From: Macrostomum lignano
Lineage: Eukaryota
Direction: 5' to 3'
NCBI GenBank assembly: GCA_002269645.1
Contig: NIVC01003482.1
Location: forward strand, 1 to 64,000
Length of the DNA: 64,000 bases
In this document: piece after piece, positions 41,086 to 64,000 of the stretch
How positions within the stretch are numbered: position 1 is the stretch's first letter
How the letters are laid out: each line of letters starts with the position of its first letter
Made by a program: the position numbers and the translations under genes
The notes under the pieces: generated by a model
The model's input: the letters and a program-made list of their open reading frames with translations, nothing else
What the model was told of the DNA's origin: nothing
The model's database searches: none

Positions 41086-42665
41086 TTTTCGAACATTCGA
41101 CAACTGGTAACCTTCAATATCTTCCGAGTGCGTGGTTTGCAGTTTCAAACTGCCTTATGAATATCTGTACCCAGGACCGGACTATTATTGAGGCTCGCCA
41201 TGTTTGTCAACAAAATATCTTCGTATACGAGCTATTCTCCGCCAAAAATCTACTTGGGATAAGCAAGAGTACTATTTCTGCAGCTGAATATTTAAGACGC
41301 ACGACACTACTACGACTACGGCTACGACTACGACTGTACTACTACTACTCTACTACCACTACTACTACTACTGCAACTACTAGTGCTACTACTACTGAAA
41401 ATCTAGCTTCAACTGATCCGCAGTGCCCAGTCGCCTGTGACCAGGGGCTGTGCAGGCGGCGATCTGTGACCAGACGCCGCCAACTGCGACTAGTGGCCTG
41501 CCTGGCTACTTCAAATAACTGCTTACCAGTACGTCTCTACTACGACTACGCCTACGACTGCTCTACTACTACTCTACTAATACTTGTACTACTACTACTT
41601 CCATTACTACTACTACGAGCTACTACTGCAACTACTAGTGCTACTACTACTGATAATCTAGCCTCAACTGATCTGCAGTGCCCAGTCGCCTGTGACCAGG
41701 GGCTGTGCAGGCGGCGATCTGTGACCAGACGCCGCCAACTGCGACTAGTGGCCTGCCTGGCTACTTCAAATAACTGCTTACCAGTACGTCTCTACTACGA
41801 CTACGCCTACGACTGTTCTACTACTACTCTACTAATACTTGTACTACTACTACTTCCATTACTACTACTACGAGCTACTACTGCAACTACTAGTGCTACT
41901 ACTACTGATAATCTAGCCTCAACTGATCTGCAGTGCCCAGTCGCCTGTGACCAGGGGCTGTGCAGGCGGCGATCTGTGACCAGACGCCGCCAACTGCGAC
42001 TAGTGGCCTGCCTGGCTACTTCAAATAACTGCTTACCAGTACGTCTCTACTACGACTACGCCTACGACTGCTCTACTACTACTCTACTAATACTTGTACT
42101 ACTACTACTTCCATTACTACTACTACGAGCTACTACTGCAACTACTAGTGCTACTACTACTGATAATCTAGCCTCAACTGATCTGCAGTGCCCAGTCGCC
42201 TGTGACCAGGGGCTGTGCAGGCGGCGATCTGTGACCAGACGCCGCCAACTGCAACTTGTGGCCTGCCTGGCGACTCAATTTATTTACTGTTTATGTAATA
42301 ACATCTATTTACTTGCACTTCTTTTTGAAAAGTTCTCAGTGCTCTGTTTTAATTTAATATTTGTTCTCAATTCTACGGGCGTAAATAACTTATTTGTTGA
42401 ACTTTTCAAGATGCTTATTCATACACTTCTACGCTCTAAATCTGTTTTTCTATAGCACCTAACATCTTTAATATTTTTTGTGCAAGGCTTTAAGCTGCCA
42501 ATCTTTAACCAATCAGCGTGCTTCAACTCACGTTTTTAACTAATTATACGTACACATCTTTACTCAACACTGCTCAGTGCACCCCCAAAAGTAGCATATA
42601 TATATATTGAAATTATGTTACAATAACTTCACTGCCAATATATTTGTTTTTAAACCCGAATAAAT

Positions 42666-42706
42666 AAACCCTGACGAAGGCCCAGTCTGGGCCGAAATAT
42701 CGGTTT
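42666..42706 (+). ncRNA. Minimal type I hammerhead ribozyme (copy 3)
   Basis: Identical to copy 1. Confidence 0.85.
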
Positions 42707-44286
42707 TTTTCGAACATTCGACAACTGGTAACCTTCAATATCTTCCGAGTGCGTGGTTTGCAGTTTCAAACTGCCTTATGAATATCTGTACCCAGGACCG
42801 GACTATTATTGAGGCTCGCCATGTTTGTCAACAAAATATCTTCGTATACGAGCTATTCTCCGCCAAAAATCTACTTGGGATAAGCAAGAGTACTATTTCT
42901 GCAGCTGAATATTTAAGACGCACGACACTACTACGACTACGGCTACGACTACGACTGTACTACTACTACTCTACTACCACTACTACTACTACTGCAACTA
43001 CTAGTGCTACTACTACTGAAAATCTAGCTTCAACTGATCCGCAGTGCCCAGTCGCCTGTGACCAGGGGCTGTGCAGGCGGCGATCTGTGACCAGACGCCG
43101 CCAACTGCGACTAGTGGCCTGCCTGGCTACTTCAAATAACTGCTTACCAGTACGTCTCTACTACGACTACGCCTACGACTGCTCTACTACTACTCTACTA
43201 ATACTTGTACTACTACTACTTCCATTACTACTACTACGAGCTACTACTGCAACTACTAGTGCTACTACTACTGATAATCTAGCCTCAACTGATCTGCAGT
43301 GCCCAGTCGCCTGTGACCAGGGGCTGTGCAGGCGGCGATCTGTGACCAGACGCCGCCAACTGCGACTAGTGGCCTGCCTGGCTACTTCAAATAACTGCTT
43401 ACCAGTACGTCTCTACTACGACTACGCCTACGACTGTTCTACTACTACTCTACTAATACTTGTACTACTACTACTTCCATTACTACTACTACGAGCTACT
43501 ACTGCAACTACTAGTGCTACTACTACTGATAATCTAGCCTCAACTGATCTGCAGTGCCCAGTCGCCTGTGACCAGGGGCTGTGCAGGCGGCGATCTGTGA
43601 CCAGACGCCGCCAACTGCGACTAGTGGCCTGCCTGGCTACTTCAAATAACTGCTTACCAGTACGTCTCTACTACGACTACGCCTACGACTGCTCTACTAC
43701 TACTCTACTAATACTTGTACTACTACTACTTCCATTACTACTACTACGAGCTACTACTGCAACTACTAGTGCTACTACTACTGATAATCTAGCCTCAACT
43801 GATCTGCAGTGCCCAGTCGCCTGTGACCAGGGGCTGTGCAGGCGGCGATCTGTGACCAGACGCCGCCAACTGCAACTTGTGGCCTGCCTGGCGACTCAAT
43901 TTATTTACTGTTTATGTAATAACATCTATTTACTTGCACTTCTTTTTGAAAAGTTCTCAGTGCTCTGTTTTAATTTAATATTTGTTCTCAATTCTACGGG
44001 CGTAAATAACTTATTTGTTGAACTTTTCAAGATGCTTATTCATACACTTCTACGCTCTAAATCTGTTTTTCTATAGCACCTAACATCTTTAATATTTTTT
44101 GTGCAAGGCTTTAAGCTGCCAATCTTTAACCAATCAGCGTGCTTCAACTCACGTTTTTAACTAATTATACGTACACATCTTTACTCAACACTGCTCAGTG
44201 CACCCCCAAAAGTAGCATATATATATATTGAAATTATGTTACAATAACTTCACTGCCAATATATTTGTTTTTAAACCCGAATAAAT

Positions 44287-44327
44287 AAACCCTGACGAAG
44301 GCCCAGTCTGGGCCGAAATATCGGTTT
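44287..44327 (+). ncRNA. Minimal type I hammerhead ribozyme (copy 4)
   Basis: Identical to copy 1. Confidence 0.85.
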
Positions 44328-45907
44328 TTTTCGAACATTCGACAACTGGTAACCTTCAATATCTTCCGAGTGCGTGGTTTGCAGTTTCAAACTGCCTTAT
44401 GAATATCTGTACCCAGGACCGGACTATTATTGAGGCTCGCCATGTTTGTCAACAAAATATCTTCGTATACGAGCTATTCTCCGCCAAAAATCTACTTGGG
44501 ATAAGCAAGAGTACTATTTCTGCAGCTGAATATTTAAGACGCACGACACTACTACGACTACGGCTACGACTACGACTGTACTACTACTACTCTACTACCA
44601 CTACTACTACTACTGCAACTACTAGTGCTACTACTACTGAAAATCTAGCTTCAACTGATCCGCAGTGCCCAGTCGCCTGTGACCAGGGGCTGTGCAGGCG
44701 GCGATCTGTGACCAGACGCCGCCAACTGCGACTAGTGGCCTGCCTGGCTACTTCAAATAACTGCTTACCAGTACGTCTCTACTACGACTACGCCTACGAC
44801 TGCTCTACTACTACTCTACTAATACTTGTACTACTACTACTTCCATTACTACTACTACGAGCTACTACTGCAACTACTAGTGCTACTACTACTGATAATC
44901 TAGCCTCAACTGATCTGCAGTGCCCAGTCGCCTGTGACCAGGGGCTGTGCAGGCGGCGATCTGTGACCAGACGCCGCCAACTGCGACTAGTGGCCTGCCT
45001 GGCTACTTCAAATAACTGCTTACCAGTACGTCTCTACTACGACTACGCCTACGACTGTTCTACTACTACTCTACTAATACTTGTACTACTACTACTTCCA
45101 TTACTACTACTACGAGCTACTACTGCAACTACTAGTGCTACTACTACTGATAATCTAGCCTCAACTGATCTGCAGTGCCCAGTCGCCTGTGACCAGGGGC
45201 TGTGCAGGCGGCGATCTGTGACCAGACGCCGCCAACTGCGACTAGTGGCCTGCCTGGCTACTTCAAATAACTGCTTACCAGTACGTCTCTACTACGACTA
45301 CGCCTACGACTGCTCTACTACTACTCTACTAATACTTGTACTACTACTACTTCCATTACTACTACTACGAGCTACTACTGCAACTACTAGTGCTACTACT
45401 ACTGATAATCTAGCCTCAACTGATCTGCAGTGCCCAGTCGCCTGTGACCAGGGGCTGTGCAGGCGGCGATCTGTGACCAGACGCCGCCAACTGCAACTTG
45501 TGGCCTGCCTGGCGACTCAATTTATTTACTGTTTATGTAATAACATCTATTTACTTGCACTTCTTTTTGAAAAGTTCTCAGTGCTCTGTTTTAATTTAAT
45601 ATTTGTTCTCAATTCTACGGGCGTAAATAACTTATTTGTTGAACTTTTCAAGATGCTTATTCATACACTTCTACGCTCTAAATCTGTTTTTCTATAGCAC
45701 CTAACATCTTTAATATTTTTTGTGCAAGGCTTTAAGCTGCCAATCTTTAACCAATCAGCGTGCTTCAACTCACGTTTTTAACTAATTATACGTACACATC
45801 TTTACTCAACACTGCTCAGTGCACCCCCAAAAGTAGCATATATATATATTGAAATTATGTTACAATAACTTCACTGCCAATATATTTGTTTTTAAACCCG
45901 AATAAAT

Positions 45908-45948
45908 AAACCCTGACGAAGGCCCAGTCTGGGCCGAAATATCGGTTT
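45908..45948 (+). ncRNA. Minimal type I hammerhead ribozyme (copy 5)
   Basis: Identical to copy 1; predicted cleavage after C45943. Confidence 0.85.
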
Positions 45949-46024
45949 TTTTCGAACATTCGACAACTGGTAACCTTCAATATCTTCCGAGTGCGTGGTT
46001 TGCAGTTTCAAACTGCCTTATGAA

Positions 46025-46370
<346 letters not shown>

Positions 46371-46429
46371 TTTATACATGAATCATGCTACTGAACTTGA
46401 CAGTAGAGAATATTCAGTAATATAACGTT

Positions 46430-47310
46430 ATATATTTTTAATTTTGTCTTTCCAAGCTCCATGTGTGTGTTAGACTGGTCATGCAGCCCAGGGCAACCGC
46501 ACAAACAGCCGCTGATTGCTAATTTAATTTGCGGCCATATACGCAATTTGGGGGGGCGGCTATCAAAACATGAGCCAAAGAAAATTTCTCTTCCAGTCAG
46601 ATGGTTTTTCTGACCATCGCTGGGGACCTCACTAATTAATACTGCGGGGGTATAGGATGGCCGCACTTTGCCAATAACAACGTTTGGACATTGCTGCTGG
46701 ACAAGAAAGTGCATCCTCAGATGCAAGTGCACCGGATGACATTTTAAGCAACGCATATTGATCAGTAACCAATGCTTTTGGATAACTATAAATATCCCGT
46801 GCAAGGCTCCGACGTTAGTTAAAGCTTCTAAAACATTTTTGGTATCGAAATTTTTTAATTAAAAGCGCATTCAAAATAAACTTATTCAGACACAAACGTG
46901 AAAAGTAGTGGCGTGCAAAACATTCGTTTTAATTTTAAACAATATATACAAAATTTGTTTTACGAGAAGTCACTCGATACAAAATTGAGTGACGATTCAT
47001 ATTTAAACAATAGGGGAAATCTTGCGTGACGTTGGTGCTATGGTGACTCGAAATTGATTTCACGGCAGTTTTGAACGCAACTACGAGTATGTCAAATAGC
47101 GGAGATGAAAGGGTAAAGTTTTTTATCACTAGTTATACCTATCACAATTATTGTTTGCTGAGCGACGCTTGAGAATACAATGGAGTGGCCATCGAATAAT
47201 ACTAGAAACATACTAGGACTTTTCCATCACATCAGCCTACTGCATAGCAAAAGCAAGTGGAACGAATCCCATTGGCTCAAGCAGATGAGCCAATGAATTA
47301 CAAACTAACT
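46430..47310. repeat. 881-bp direct duplication, right copy
   Basis: Matches 37571-38451; continues into the unique sequence upstream of the GPCR gene. Confidence 0.92.
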
Positions 47311-47442
47311 AAGCTACTGCGAAAGAATTTTATGAGTTGGACGGACTGACAGGATCTTTTTGCTAAGAGGATGCAATAAACGGACTGCAGTCGACTGCTA
47401 ATCAATCTGTAAATCATGACCAAGTGATTTTTTGACGCAATA

Positions 47443-60597
<13,155 letters not shown>

Positions 60598-60854
60598 ACT
60601 AATCCCATGGACAGCTGAAGTACAAGGACGCTGCACTTGCGAATCAGTTGTAACTCTCGCTTTAGGCAGGTTTTCGTTGCAAAATGCATTGGCGTGGCAG
60701 AAATTTTTGCACTACAGCTAGCAGGGACAGAAACAGCTGATATTTCACCGGAACTTTGCTTGCTTGCCGCGGTCTCCGGTTGCAGCAGCTCAGGAAAAAT
60801 ACCTTGCTTGCTTCATCTGGAAGGAATTCCAGAAGGTTAGACCTTTGGAAGTTA

Positions 60855-61300
60855 GCACTGGGGGGATTACTGAGATGTCAAGGCTTACTGGGGGAATTGC
60901 TGAGATGTCAAGGCTTACTGGGGGTATTGCTGAGATGTCAAGGCTTACTGGGGGTATTGCTGAGATGTCAAGGCTTACTGGGGGTATTGCTGAGATGTCA
61001 AGGCTTACTGGGGGAATTGCTGAGATGTCAAGGCTTACTGGAGGAATTGCTGAGATGTCAAGGCTTACTGGGGGAATTGCTGAGATGTCAAGGCTTATTG
61101 GGGGAATTGCTGAGATGTCAAGGCTTACTGGGGGAATTGCTGAGATGTCAAGGCTTATTGGGGGAATTGCTGAGATGTCAAGGCTTACTGGGGGAATTAC
61201 TGAGATGTCAAGGCTTACTGGGGGAATTGCTGATGTCAAGGCAATTACTGTGGGTATTGCTGAGATGTCAAGGCTTACTGGGGTAGTTGCTGAGATGTCA
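60855..61300. repeat. 30-bp minisatellite (TTACTGGGGGAATTGCTGAGATGTCAAGGC)n
   Basis: Directly visible, downstream of the GPCR stop codon. Confidence 0.95.
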
Positions 61301-62149
61301 AACTACTGTTTCGGTAAACTATTTATTTTATTAACTAAATGCGATAGTTGAAAAATGATTAATTTTGATATTGCGTTTTTTGTAAATCTGTAGCCATTTT
61401 CATTGTTTTTAAATTGGACGTCGCATATCATATCGTCTTAGCATATCCAATGTCTCCTGTGAAAATGTTCAGATGTTCGTTAAAAAGTATTTTTTTAATG
61501 ATGAATCGTATAAGAAGTAATTTGCATACTAATAGTAGTCAGACGTTTGCATGGATACATAATTCTAATTTATATAGTGCGTATAATATCGTTAATCTAA
61601 TCTACAAATCGAAAAATGCAGCGATTCAATTATTCATTGCAAAATAACAAATCGCATGCAAATAAATTTAAGTAAACATCTTCTATCCATTTGATGTTGT
61701 TTATAACCAGGTGACATACAAAAATGTGTTATTTTTCAAGTACTTGTGCACTTGTCGTCAAGATTGGAGCTGTTGTTCTTAAATACATCCTCAATGTCGT
61801 TGCGTTCGTGACTTTTGTAAAAAAAATTTAAATTGTAAATTCGTTTTGCGCAAGCGGGTGATTAATAAAATATGAGAAGGTTGAACTGAGAACCAACCGG
61901 CTCGAGTGTACATTCTTTATTAAATGACAACTACTTGAAACAATACGAGTATTATACAAAAATAAATTCAGATTCACGAGTATATTTGAGCAAAGTGACA
62001 ACGAATGTACAGCATAGTACTACTGTTCTTTGGAGCAAAACAGCTATTTTTTAAAAGTTAAATTTGCAAAACTAAATTTACTGTCGAAAGCTTGTCGTTA
62101 AAAAGGATATAAAACATCATTTTTGGGTCATATTTGCGGCGATTCTTAT

Positions 62150-62880
62150 GTCAGATCAGGGGCGATTCTTAGGTCAGAACAATCACGATTCTTAGGTCAG
62201 ATCAAGGGCGATTCTCAGGTCAGATTAAAAGCGGATTTTAGGTCAGATCAAGGGAGATTCTTAGGTCAGATCAGGGAAGATTCTTAGGTCAGATCAGGGA
62301 AGATTCTTAGGTCAGATCAGGGAAGATTCTTAGGCCCGATCAGGGGAGATTCTTAGGTCAGATCAGGGAAGATTCTTAGGTCAGATCAGGGGAGATTCTT
62401 AGGTCAGATCAGGGAAGATTCTAAGGTCAGATCAAGGGAGATTCTTAGGTCAGATCAGGGAAGATTCTTAGGTCAGATCAGGGAAGATTCTTAGGTCAGA
62501 TCAGGGAAGATTCTTAGGTCAGATCAGGGGAGATTCTTAGGTCAGATCAGGGAAGATTCTTAGGTCCGATCAGGGAAGATTCTTAGGTCAGATCAGGGAA
62601 GATTCTAAGGTCCGATCAAGGGAGATTCTTAGGTCAGATCAGGGAAGATTCTTAGGTCAGATCAGGGAAGATTCTTAGGTCAGATCAGGGAAGATTCTTA
62701 GGTCAGATCAGGGAAGATTCTTAGGTCAGATCAGGGAAGATTCTTAGGTCAGATCAGGGAAGATTCTTAGGTCAGATGAAGAGCGATTTTTAGGTCAGAT
62801 CAAGGGCGATTCCTAAGTCGGATCAAAAGCGGTTCTTAGGTCAGATCAAGGGAGATTCTTAGGTCAGATCAGGGGCATTT
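62150..62880. repeat. 23-bp minisatellite (GATTCTTAGGTCAGATCAGGGAA)n
   Basis: Directly visible. Confidence 0.95.
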
Positions 62881-63449
62881 GTTAGAACAGTTCCAAGGCA
62901 ATTTGAATTGAGTCATGGGTCAGATCGGGTTCGAGTCACTGCCATATCCTTGGATAGCGAGGCCGGATAAGCAAACAAACAAATAAAAGCAAACTCGGTT
63001 TTACAACTAAAAGAAACGAATGAAGCGCAGTTGAAAATGCATCAATAGACTCATGTCAAGTTATGGAAGAAGTTTTTAATTAGATTTGAAAGCAAAGCAA
63101 CAGTTAAATGTAATTCACTCATAGCACCAAGTTAATTAAAAGTACTGTTAGAAAAAAAAACTTTACAAAAATAAAATTCTGTATTAACTAAGCGTACTGC
63201 AAAAACACAAAAGTTCAGCTTGCGACACTACATGTATAAGAATTCATATAGAAAATTTGCATAACTACCAAAGAAACCGTATGCACAGGTAAATGGTGAG
63301 CTTAACCAAAAGTTTACGCAATTTAATTAACACCGGAATATTTGTGATTCGTGATTAAACAAAAAACTGTTTTGTATTAATAGGAAATGCAAATGTTCAA
63401 ATTGAATTATTGTTTAATAAGCTTTCTTGGCTGGGTCTGATCATCACTG

Positions 63450-64000
63450 TTTAGGGACGATTCTCAGGTAAGTTCAGGGGCGATTCTCAGGTGAGTTCAG
63501 GGACGATTCTCAGGTGAGATTAGGGACGATTATCAGGTGAGATCAGGGACGATTCTCAGGTGAGATTAGGGACGATTCTCAGGTGAGTTCAGGGACGATT
63601 CTCAGGTGAGATTAGGGACGATTCTCAGGTGAGTTCAGGGACGATTCTTAGGTGAGTTCAGGGACGATTCTCAGGTGAGTTCAGGTACGATTCTCAGGTG
63701 AGTTCAGGGGTGATTCTCAGGTGAGTTCAGGGGCGATTCTCAGGTGAGTTCAGGGACGATTCTCAGGTGAGTTCAGGGACGATTCTCAGTTGAGTTCAGG
63801 GACGATTCTCAGTTGAGTTCAGGGACGATTCTCAGGTGAGTTCAGGGACGATTCTCAGGTGAGTTCAGGGACGATTCTCAGGTGAGTTCAGGGACGATTC
63901 TCAGGTGAGTTCAGGGACGATTCTCAGTTGAGTTTAGGGACGATTCTCAGGTGAGTTCAGGGACGATTCTCAGGTGAGTTCAGGGACGATTCTCAGGTGA
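63450..64000. repeat. 23-bp minisatellite (GATTCTCAGGTGAGTTCAGGGAC)n, runs off the window end
   Basis: Directly visible. Confidence 0.95.

Overview
Repeat-rich eukaryotic (metazoan) genomic DNA. The GT-AG introns, GC-rich exons and intron-filling minisatellites are reminiscent of a flatworm such as Macrostomum, but this is an inference only. (1) 2.8-33.7 kb: a tandem cluster of at least seven divergent, intron-containing genes for small single-pass membrane proteins with a six-cysteine C..CP..CC..CC ectodomain (STMC6/Shisa-like superfamily). They share one exon architecture: a phase-1 signal-peptide exon, a small exon usually ending K/N-G at phase 2, a main Cys+TM exon, and a Pro/Gln-rich tail exon. 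One copy is a pseudogene. (2) 38.45-46.03 kb: the most unusual feature, a head-to-tail array of a 1621-bp unit (4 full copies plus one 5'-truncated copy). Each unit carries a minimal type I hammerhead ribozyme of the Penelope/retrozyme kind and a 432-codon ORF. The array ends in a (TATC)n microsatellite and is flanked by an 881-bp direct duplication. (3) 47.4-60.6 kb: a two-exon 5-HT2-like aminergic GPCR gene with an 11.4-kb satellite-filled intron. Interspersed are decayed LINEs (RTE-like; RNase H-bearing), a mariner pseudogene, a DIRS-type tyrosine recombinase fragment, two tRNA-derived SINE families (one CORE-like), several MITEs and many micro- and minisatellites. All gene models were spliced by eye and are unverified by transcript data.
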